Part shown: positions 40,101 to 52,100 of the stretch, in pieces | Position numbering within the stretch: position 1 is the first letter of the stretch | Layout: every line of letters starts with the position of its first letter | Source: Phallusia mammillata | Taxonomy: Eukaryota | Assembly: GCA_965637545.1 (NCBI GenBank) | Contig: OZ281498.1 | Location: forward strand, 2,170,001 to 2,234,000 | Direction: 5' to 3' | Length of the DNA: 64,000 bases | Position numbers and translations under genes: made by a program | Notes under the pieces: model-generated | Told to the model about the DNA's origin: nothing | Databases searched by the model: none | Seen by the model: the letters and a program-made list of their open reading frames with translations, nothing else

Positions 40101-43100
40101 TAAAAAGTTTGTCGTATAAAGAGCTAATTGGTCACGTACCTAATAGATAATAGAACAAAGTCAAACCTAACCTGATATTTTTGCATCACAGGTTTGGCAG
40201 AGTTGGGGACGATGTGCGACCTCAAGAGGAGCTGTTCCATCAACGAGGACAACGGACTGAGCACAGCTTTCACAATCGCTCACGAAATCGGACACGAGTA
40301 AGTCGTTGTGTCGTCATAATGCATGACTATGACGTCACGGTGCAGCATAACATCTAAAGTTTGGGTTTCTAAACTAACTTTCCTCCAATAAGGTTATCAG
40401 TTTTGCTTTATCCAATATTTACTAGCAAGGCTTCGACATACCCAATAATCTAAACGTGCATCAGTAACAAATGCCGGCGATTTACAACAAGACGCTCGTT
40501 GGTAAATCCGCTTTTAGTACAGACAATAACATACATAGCATATTCGTCACATAAACTAACCTTCATATAACAACTACAACATGTAAGTGTTGCGCATGAC
40601 TTGTTTTCCACTGTCACGTGCATGATTTCTAACCGCATGATCGACTTCAGGTTCGGCATGGTGCATGATGGTGACGTCAAGTGCAATGTGACGTCACAGA
40701 GGTGAGACAATGTGATGTATTATGAGATCATACTTAAAATGTGAAATGTGGTCATTGAGTGTGTAAGCTGGTTTTCGTTTACTCCGATACCGTGTTAACT
40801 ATTTTATTGCAAACTAAGCATTTGTTTGTATTTCCCTTTCTTATTAAACTCAAAAACACATTGGATAGAAACATTTTTAAATACTTTACTTCACTAAAAA
40901 CTTTTCTTTAAATGGACATCTTAAGACAGTGTTACTCAACCTGGGGGTCGCCAAGCACTTTTGAGGGGGTCGCGAAAACGCAACCCAACTCGGAATGATT
41001 TTATCCGTATCAAAGAAACTTTCCCTGTGACTTCTGTTTAGCATAGTAACTCACACAACCGTTTGATTTAGAACGAGCGCAACAATATTTGCGATGGTAT
41101 ACTTGTATAATTGCGGTTTTTGGCTTTTCTTAACATAAAAAAAACATGAAATAGAGAAATGGTTAGTGAAAATGAGCCACAAACACCATTTAAGGGTTTT
41201 CTGGAGCACAGCAAAACGCCGAACTATTGCAGCCACGTTAGATTGCAAATGTGTGATGAACACAATCAACACACTCTGGTAGTTAAACTTCTTGTGTGCG
41301 TATGCAAAGAGGTCGCGTGGTGTTAGAAAACCTCTAAAGGAGGTCGCAGAGTAAATAAGGTTGAGAACCGCTGTCTTAGGAGGTTTTTCAAGCGATTTTC
41401 AATGACTTTAAACGAAAATTATGTAGACCCGAATTTTGATGCAAATTACTTATTTAGGTTCAACGCTCCACATGACAACAATGAAAAGTGTTTGGACGCT
41501 AGAGGGCGTGCAGTGGAGCTTAACGTGATGTCACCAACATTGGATCATAACGCTCATCCTTGGTCGTGGTCGAAATGCAGCGCTAAATATATCACAAGCT
41601 TCTTGGAGTAAGTTTGCAACTTCTGTATTCTCACTTAACCGTTCATTTGGTTTTGACTGCTTTCATAAAACTCCTTCCACATTATTTTGAGGATTGTTTT
41701 GGGTTAAACTCTATTTTGGCAGTAAATAAAGTTTATTCATGACAACAACTTTTGATGAATTCACCCAATAAGTTCAATTCGATTGTTATGTTATGTGACA
41801 ACTGAATATTTTCGAGTCTGCCTCACTAAGGGCGCGGTCCACAAATGTCTTAAGGTTACGTCATTGTCATAATAATTACGTCATCTGTACAGTGGTTTTC
41901 GCGAAGCTAACGTAGCGCGCGATAAGAGGTTACGCCATTCTCATAATAATGACGTCATCGGTTCTTCACGTCACTTTAACAAAACAACGTATTGTTTAAC
42001 TACAGTAAAAAAACGTTAAATTTTTGTTTCAAATTGAATGCAATTGTAGCATAGTTGATGCAGCAGTTCGGCAACACTGCAAGCTGTGCTTCAAACGCAT
42101 GCAAAAGGGGGTGCAAAAGAGGGGTGCAGACCCCCGGGATTAACATTCCTTCCTTTGATCAGTCCATGAGCTTTCATTCATCTCCTTTTGCTTCTGCTGA
42201 TTATTTAACCGTTTCCGCATGACCGCTTAGCCGGAATGCGTTGCCTGGCAACTAGGGATTATCACCAGAGCACGTGCTTTCGATGCCGGGAAGGAACTTT
42301 TCTGCAGCGAGAACAAATCCTTTAATCCTAAGCAAATTTTAGGGTCAAGACAATTTGTGTATATTTTGGGTTTTATTTCAACACGATTGTTGTTGAATAT
42401 TTGACCGGATTTATGTACTTGACCTTCTTTGCTGAGTAATGTTCATCTTCTGCAAAATGCAAGAAAATAGTGTAAAAGTTTCATGTTTACCTGCCACATT
42501 CCATTGCAAAGCTTTAAATCACTTAAAATGGCCGTTTAAACTGTGACTGATTTCTCCGGCTTTCACCACGTGCTAAAAAGGTCACATCAAAGTCACAGGC
42601 ATCAGCCAATGTCGATCAATCTCAACCCTTTTGATCCGGGCATCGAAAATTGAGCAAAACCCAAACGAGGCGATGATTTAAGTTTTATTTTCGTTGGTGG
42701 CAGGTAGTTGCCAGTGGCAGGGGTCACGGCGGCTGACAGCCAGGCATGCGTGACATGTTTTTCTTTGCATGCCACATTCCTCACACTGCAAGTGGTGCCG
42801 AATGGCCGGAGTAAAGTAAATAAACAGCCTCAGTGAGTTGCAACTTAAGTATAAGCGAGCGCCGCCAACAACTTGACTGATTGACTTGCTGACGCCATCC
42901 AAGATCTGTTGTTCATTCTAAGTCCACAGGCTTAGCACTTTTGCCAAGTAAAAAAGATTTTTTAAACCTGTTCTATTTCATGCTACAAAATTTACCGATT
43001 AGAAAACAAGAAACAGACAAGACATTATATTTGTAAAAAGCATTGTGTATCGAAAACCCATTTGTCATTTTCACACGAAATTTTTTATTTTAATCCATGT

Positions 43101-46100
43101 ATTTTACAGATAATGACAATATTTATCGAAATATTCGAATTGCAAGATACCTATATGTTCTACGCGACTTTAAAGGCAGTTTTTGTTCATTGTCCTCTAT
43201 TATATCCTGAAATATTTCATATTACATTTTAAAATCATTTTAGTTATGATTTTAAACAGGTTTTTCACAGACATCGTCTTTACGGCGGCAACTGAATATT
43301 GCTTACATAGTTACATTTTACAACTATTTGACTTATCTTTACTTAACTGATATAAATCTGTCACTTTCAGCAACGGCAACGGGCAATGTTTGTTGGATGA
43401 ACCACCACAACGAGTTCTGCATCTTCCCAGTGAAGAACCAGGCGAAGTTTTCAACGCAAACGACCAATGTAGCTTCGTGTACGGGAAAGGAGTGACCTAT
43501 TGTAACTTCATGGTGAGAAAAAAAGAATATCGTTGAAAATTCAATTGTGTATGGGCTATAGTGGATATAATATATTGCACACATTTCAACAATTGCTATT
43601 GTAGTCTTGAACTTTGTCGTTTTTGTGTTTGATCAAGCTGTTTTGTTTCTATGTTTTGACTAAACGTTTCTTGTTCTTTAGTTCTTTCAGTTACAAGGAC
43701 TGTTTTTGAGTAAAATAGACGCCTTTACATGTGCAATGCGTACTGTACAAACTTGACGCCTAGGAGTTAAAATTTAAGGAGAAACGATTCCGATAACCCA
43801 GTGTTAAAATATGGCAATTTTTCACCATTACAACAAGCTGTAATTTTACCGCAAACAACAGCTGGACAAACACAACTTAAAGTCACATCCAATTTTGGTG
43901 TGTTTACGATCCAGGCGAATCGCAAGTGTTCACAATATAAATTGCAGGTTTCCCAAATTGCAGAATCTTGACCTTAGATTCGAATCTTCGTCTGCTGATT
44001 TCGCTGATAACATTGTACTGCGCGGTCTGCGGAAAAAAGTTTATTGTTTTTTCGCGACGACTCGGTGACTGACTTCGGAACGCGAGCTATTATATTGTGA
44101 CGCAACAAAGAAAACTCGACATAGAAGTTTTTTGCAATAACATTTAGAAAAATTGTGTTATCAATCTTTTCCTTTTTACACTCACCACCTGCAAAAATAT
44201 AATAATGACGTAATCGCGATGTTCGATTATGACATAGCATTATGTCGTCACAACAACAAAACGAAAATCTATCATCGGTGTTTCCATTAGCGTGCGGATT
44301 CATAACGTTCGGCGCGAAACCTCTGATGTTTCGCATCGGTGCGTGTGAATTATATCATGCCAATAAGACAGGAAACAAATCGAAGTTTTTGGAAGTCGCG
44401 CGTTTTCCTAAGGTTTCGAACGCGCGTCTCGCTCTGTTTCGCTTGTAATGGAATATTGAGCGTCTTGTTGTGATCACAAAGTTGGAAGGTAATAACTTAC
44501 CAGGGAGGGGGTGTTCTGACAATACTGTACAACTCAATTTGTGTTGCGCCAACCCAAATCACCGACTGTTGTTTCTACCGCAGATTGGTTACTTACACCA
44601 AAATTTACGAGCAAAGCGGGTTTGCGAATAACTTTTTAACCTAGAGTGAATTTGGAAACAAGATTTTAGATTCAACAACCAAAATTAACCATAATGTTTA
44701 TTGACTGCACGAAACTTCTCAGGAAATCCTCTTTGAGCTTACAAAGTCATGTATCTAACAAGAGCCATAGTTGACTGCACGAAGCTCGTTAGAAACCCCG
44801 TTTTACGCTTGCAAAGTCGTATGTGTAACAAGTGTTATGGATGATTATTAAATGTAACGGCGCTTTGCAAGCTTCACCAAACGAACTACTCCGCTTGTTA
44901 TCTTTGACAGACATTTTGTGGATTAAAGTATTCGGTTACTTGGCTCTGATTAGCAGAATCGGATTCGGTTCCTTTAGACCGGGTTGTGAAACCGGAACCG
45001 GTTGCTAATCCGATAATTTTGTTGACGTCTCGTCTCTCTAAAAATCTGAACCGGGACGAAACATATTTTTTACTTACTGCTTGTCAGGATTTGTCTGGAT
45101 AATCGGGCTGCTTCGAGTCTAATAATCTCCACCAACCGTCTGGTCCTGGGAACTTGTAATGCAGTTTTAGGAAAGGGTTCAGATTTCACAGTAAATTAGT
45201 TATGGTTTTTTCATGTGTTAGTCTAACACAGTTGTCGTCAACTTTTTTTGCACTGCGGACCGGTTTGAAACTAAAATTTTATCACGTTTTATGCGACCCG
45301 GTAAAAAACCCTCACAAAACCGGCACCGGGCCGCGGAGCGGTGGTTGCCGACCACTGGTCTAACACACTTACTTTGCATGTGTAAGTTTCAGGATTTGAA
45401 TCCACAAATTTTTATCAAAATTTTCGCCAACTCTTTCAAACTTTCAGTTTCAGAACTCTTGCGCCCGCTTGTGGTGTGTGAGTCAGAACATCAGCCATGG
45501 ATGCAGGACTCCTCATGTTCCATGGGCTGATGGGACGAGATGCGGAGACAGGAGCAAAAGGATGGTGAGATTAAAAAAACGCTTTTCTATTCGAATAAGA
45601 AAAATGATTTGAAAACTTCGCAATAAGATTGCCTGTTTTAGTAAATGTTTGTTATGTGCATTACACTAATCAGGACATCTTTATCAAGGTAAAGCACGTT
45701 ATGAAAGTTACTGGGTATACAGAACAACAATATTCTGGGTAATCACTTGATAATTGTCCTGTTTAACAGTCTTATGCTTCAGGTTTAATCAAAGTTGCTT
45801 TTGTGTTATCACCATGCGTGATGCTATAGGAACGATTGTGTTGGTTAGTATGTCATGGCCCTAATAAGGACGCCTCGAAAAGGACGTTTAAACTTCAGAT
45901 AACTAAAATACAATAGTGTAGGTTTTGTTTCTGTCAATATCATGTTTTTGCAACTTGACACTTTGTATATTTCAACAGTGGTGTCAACAAGGTCATTGCG
46001 TTCCCGAAAACCGTCAACGAGTTCCGGTGGACGGAAGTTGGGGAGAGTGGAGCCGGTTCGGAGATTGTTCTAGAACCTGCGGAGGTGGAATAAAGAGCGC

Positions 46101-49100
46101 CACCCGAACCTGCAGCAACCCTAAGTAAGTTGACGTCAAACTTGACAGTTTTTTTCGTTAAAAATCAAACTGTTTACTAATGTGTTGGCGTGATGGAAGT
46201 TTAATTTGACAAACCCTAATTTAATCCATACACTAGTCATCGGCCATTTATGTTTTATCTGATTATATGTCAACCAAAACACTTCAATCTCACACAAAAG
46301 TTTAATCCATGGTACTGAAAACGTCGAACCATTTTTACATTCTGATAACTCCGTTTTCCTGTGGCAAGTGACCACAAGCAAACAGGTGCTTTAACCCACG
46401 CACTCACTCTAACGTTGAGAACTCACACCTGTCCGGAAATATAGCGATTTCCGGATAAATAGGGCGCACTCATTCAACGTCGCCCTCGAACTTATCAATA
46501 TTTCACACCGACCACCCACAAACCACCGCCATTCGAATTCCCTTTCATCTCGCCCGCGATGACAAGTGTTACGTCACAAATAACAATCGCGCACTTTTTA
46601 TTGTGACGTCACAGTGAAGAGCGCGATTAATGACGCGAGAAATCGTTTTGTGGTTTTCCGCTAAAACTTGATCCGTTTAACCGCGAGTGCTTGAAATGTA
46701 AGGTGGGATTCGATTTCTTTCAAGTGGATGCGATTAAGTTTTCGTTCTGTTTGGAAATTAAATCAGGTAATTAGGAAATTTCACTTTGCTTTTTTTCGTT
46801 TCCAGGCCTCAGTACGGAGGGAGATATTGCACTGGAAAGCGCAAGAAATTTCGACCTTGTAACTTCCAGGTAGGAGGAACACGTGTTCATGTATTTCAAA
46901 CTACAAACTCATAACGGCTTGGCGAGCGAGTTTTGTGCAGTCAATCATGGCAAAATTTCTACTCCGCCTTTAACCGATTTGCCTTACTTTCTTGTAAATT
47001 TATACACAGTATAAAAACTGAATGATAAATCGCTGACCTTTCTCTTTTGTTTCTCGGTTAAACGTAATCTTTTATTTGTCATTTAATTTAGGATTGTCCA
47101 GACGATGGAGACTTTCGCGCCGAGCAGTGCGCTGCTTACAACAATTGGTCGCGACACCATAGACATCGTATACGAGGGGTTGCCCCCAATGCGAGATGGA
47201 TCCCGAAATACGATGGAATATTACTGCAGGTAAATTATTAGGGATTTGTTTTCGACTTCTCTTGTAAACAATATGGGTGGTAAGCAAAAGATTGAAAACA
47301 TAAAAAAATCGGAGGGGTGCCATGTACCATGTCAACCCAACTCCTTGTATCTAAAGCTCGCTAAAAACGCATTTTCGCTAAATTAATTTGTTTAGTCATA
47401 AAAGTGAATGTAGCCAGTCAGTACTTAAACATATATACTCAATCGTTACGACTGGTGATAACTTACTACAAATACTTTATCTACCACAGACATAGAATTT
47501 TTCACCCAAAACAATGTAATACACTTCATCTATATTATCTCCTATCTGCACTTGGATTCGAACCCAGTTCTTTTGTTCACCATTTGATATTTACAGGATC
47601 GATGCAAGTTAATCTGCCAGGTAAAATCGGAGGACCAGTATGCAGTTCCGTGGTACGTCCTTAAACCGAAAGTTATCAACGGAACTCCTTGTGGGCCTGA
47701 TACTACTGATATCTGTGTGGAAGGAATTTGCAAGGTTTGAGATTTGATATTACTTTTAGTTTACGACTTTGGCATGTTGATACGATCAGCGTGAAAACCA
47801 ATAAAGGGTTAATCTGTACTATGATTGTCCCATTGCAACTAGCAATATTCTAATGGATACAATCAGGGTTTTTTTAAGGTTTGGTTTGGGTGACCGCTAA
47901 GTAGTTTTAAGACCGTTTCGGTCCCCCAAAACACCTTTAAAAAAACACTGGCATACAATTCGATTTAACTGAATAATGTTTTATTGTTGCTAAAGTGTTT
48001 CTGTAATCCATCGATGGGAAGTGGGGTTTTGTCACGAACTGTAATCATCATATTAGCTACCATTATTTCGTACATTTTTTTCATAATTTTTAACCAAGAA
48101 GCGTCTTTGGGCCCCAAATTTTTATTTCACCGTATTTGTTTCATCTTTTTCCCGCAGAGAGCTGGCTGTGATCACGTTCTCAACTCGCGTACTACAGTTG
48201 ATGATTGTGGAATTTGCAACGGAGACAACAGCGGGTGTAGAACAGTACAGGGAAGCTACAACGCAGGTTACAACATCGGGTACAACCAGGTCGTCGTTAT
48301 ACCAGCTGGAGCGAATAACATCATCATCACACAAAGATCATATACAGGAGACCCGGACGATTATAATTATTTGGGTAAGTTTGAAACAATAAAGAAAACT
48401 CTTTTTTGTGATGTTATAGTTCTTACATGGCTGGTCCTTTTGCGTTGTAACTCACGTTGTGCGGTGTATACTTGTATTATATTTGAGAAACAATGTACAC
48501 AGACTTAAGTGTAGGTTAACAAACAACGTGAAGGCCATTGTGCAACATCATCCTCATAAACATGCATTATATCATTATGTATGACAATAGTATAGATTGA
48601 ACATGGACACAAAATTCAACGAAAACAAATATGGTGGGAATTTTAACCAGTGGCTCTGGCAACCACACAGGAAACCAAGTAATGCATGAGCAAAAAACAC
48701 AAAAACAATACGAGTGGAATGAAAGTTTTATACATGTGGTGTCAATACAAAATTTTCGCATTTTTGCTAAATATGGCATTGGTATTTTTCTTAACTAACT
48801 ACATTATCATTTATAGCGTTGCGGGACGCACATGGTAATTACTTGCTGAACGGAAACCGAAGTGTGATGAAAAATAAACACAGAATTCACCAGCGATCCT
48901 GGAGTGCAGCAAGAAAATATATTTATCTCTGTGACTACAGTGGTACGGATCAAGTGGTTGAGACAGTAAACTGCACAAATGCTATTGGACTCGACATTAT
49001 TGTTGAGGTAGGTGATCTGAACTTTGTGGGTTCGAATCCCACACACAGCGGTATATGTTTTATAATTTTGAGTGCAACGGCAAAGCTGATCTTTAGATTG

Positions 49101-52100
49101 CATTTTTGTTGAGTTTTCGGTTTCAAACCAACAAAACGTAATCACTAAAATAGTAAATAATTGGCTATGACCAACGTTTTTACAATTTGATCAAACAAAA
49201 GTGTATTTTGTGCCTCTTTATGTTTGTGATTTTAAACACAGCAGAAAATTAATTTTCGTTGGGTAGCTATGGGATAAAATAAACGTTTCTGCATCCATAG
49301 GCACTTGGGTATTTCAGCATAAGAGAGACCTTTCAAAGTCAGCACCAATCAACCCTATTTAAACATTGTTCAAACTTTTCGTACATTTTCCTAAATATGT
49401 TTCAACAAAACCGGAAGTTTCACGTTATTTACCTAACTACTGACTTATGTTTCAGGTACTATCAGCGGGCGACTTAATGCCTCCGCACATCAGCTACAAG
49501 TACAACGTCCCAATCACAGATCGACTCACATATAGATGGGACCCGAACGGCCCATGGAGTCCATGCAGCCGAGTTTGTAACGGAAAAACAAAGGCAAAGG
49601 TATGCTTTTCGAAACAGCGTGACAAATTTGTAGATTTGTTTTTAAGAAAAGTTGAATATAGTTCGCTCAGAAATAATACAATTTTGTTTGAATGTAAAGG
49701 AGAATCAGATACACTTTCATGTCTCTTACGTATAATTTTAAAATCCACCATATAAGTATGTTTTGACTTTCTATTAGGTTTCATGCACTTGATCTAAAAC
49801 TTTGAGTAAACTTTAACTAGTCTGCGTTTTCCACTGGCCAATGCAGTAATAGTTTCGCCGTGATAAATGCCACCCTTAGTTCTCATTTGAATCATGTATT
49901 TTTAAGTGCTTTATACTTGCGCATTTTAAACATGATACTTGCTTACATACTTTTCTTGTCTTCTCTTTAGATTCTTTGCGTAAGATCTGATCAACAAATT
50001 GTATCCGACAGAAGATGCCAACACATCGCAAAACCCAGCTCAGTTATTCGGTCATGCAACGCAAGATGCCAACTAAAGTAAGTTCATAAACCGGTTTATA
50101 TTGTGTACATTTGCATTGATCAACGAGCTTTGTTCAGTTTAAAACCTAGACATTTTAATCATTTCGACAAAATCTTCATCACCAATATATTGAAGTTGGA
50201 TCTAATTTATTTTCAGCTGGCATCCAAAACCATCTGATTGTTCAGTCCGATGCGGAACAGGGACAAGAAACTTACAATTTGAATGCAGAAAAGTAAGTGT
50301 GCTGTTTCCTTCCAATCATAAATATTTGGTTTTCAACATAATCTTTTGAACAGGCAATGCGACCTAAATACGTTATGCTTTAAATAAAAAAGAGCTTAAA
50401 ATTTCGTTTTCTGATTGATCAATTTTGGAGTTTTACCGAAAAAATTTTAGCTTGTTTCTTACATTCTTATAATTTCAGGTTTCCAATGTTCCCACGGGAA
50501 CCGGAAGTAAGACATTCAGCCGCAAGGTGGAAGTAGTGAGCGACTCGATGTGCAACCAACCGAAACCGGGCGGTGTGGGGGTGTGTCAGGGGGAGTGTCT
50601 CGAAACCGCATGGCAGTACGGGGAGTGGAGTCGGGTAAGTGGAACAGCCTGAAATTTTCACTCCCTGGCGTTGATTTTGTTTTAAAATCACAAAAAACGT
50701 TTCAAATTCACAGTGTTCACGAACTTGCGGAGGTGGAACTCAGACCCGCACAGCCAGTTGCCATGACAGCAAAGACCGCCCCCTCGCGGCATCGGAATGC
50801 GACGAACGCGAACGAAGCTCATCCCGAACTTGCAACAACCTCCCCTGCCCGCAGTGGGTTGCGTCGGCCTTTTCACCTGTAAGTTTGGTGTCGTGAGTTC
50901 AAATCCCATCTCGTAAATTTACATAAAAAAAACTTAATGAAAAAGAAGATTTTAAGCTAACTGAAACAATACGTATATTTTCCAAAAGTGGTTTAGGTCA
51001 AATGAGATTACCAAGTTTAAAATCAAATGCAAAAAATTCTAAATGACAATCCGTTTTATTGCATACTAAATTCCCTCCAGAGAAAATTATGAGAAAATAT
51101 TTCCTGTAATACACATTACCGGTAATTGCAAGAAAATCCTTTCGAGGTCTTTCGAGATGACAGTTTCGAGTTATCCAGAACGCTTTCCATTTGGCAAGAC
51201 TGAACAATAGTTGCCTCATAACAACCAACGCTTATACTCAGTCATTTAAACTCTTACATTAATTATCCCACAGTGCATGGTCACGTGCGGAACTGGGATA
51301 CGTCAGAGGAGGGTGTGGTGCAGTGCGAGGGGCGTGGTTCGACCCGACTCAGACTGCAACAGACGTAGGAGACCTGCGAGCACAACAATATGCCGGGAAA
51401 GAGCCTGTGCAAGCTGGAAGTATGAAAACTGGGGACCTGTAAGTGTTGTGGAAATGTGTATGAGAGCTAATGTTAGTTTATTCCTATGGTGCCAAAAATG
51501 GTTCTAAGACTCTCTTTTTGGATAAGTTTAGATTCTGGATCAGAAAACAACTATATCTTTTCTCCATAACTATCTTATGAACAGCTATAACAAGAGTGAT
51601 CTAGTCCTAGGTTTTGTGTGGTAAAGTACAAGTTTTGTTAATTGCAGCATTCGTTTTATGTTTGCGTTAACTCGACGACAGGATGCATTTGTGAAAATAA
51701 ACTTAATTTTGCTCTGGGTTTCAAAAGCAGCCTCCGCGTTACAATGTAGTTGCAAACACAATCTCTTTTACATTTTTTTTGCCTTTTAAGCCTTCAAGTG
51801 CGGCGTGAATAAAAATGTAAATGATTATAGTGTGTTGCAAATAAAAAAAGTCTGTGAAACACTGGTCGGGTCCTGAACTAACTAACCTAGCAGCCGAAAT
51901 GATTGGGGAACACTGCTTAAGTCCTGAGCTAACCTTGCCATTTTATTTCCAGTGTTCAGTTACGTGCGGAACCGGAACCTCAGTTCGTCTTTACAACTGT
52001 GTCGACCCCAGTGGGCGACGCGTCGACGACGATCGTTGCGTCACAGCTCTATTACGTCACGACACACGACCCTGTGTGATGTCACAAGCGTGTGAAGAGA

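Noticed and set aside
41608-43370. A second alternative exon carrying its own Met-turn to pair with 40651-40701
   Set aside because: I read 40702-41457 and 41608-43370 for a phase 2-2 exon with xMxP and WSxCS and found none.
2800-47950. Autonomous transposase or reverse transcriptase genes
   Set aside because: All TIR elements are under 530 bp and no ORF shows DDE, zinc-finger BED or YxDD motifs.
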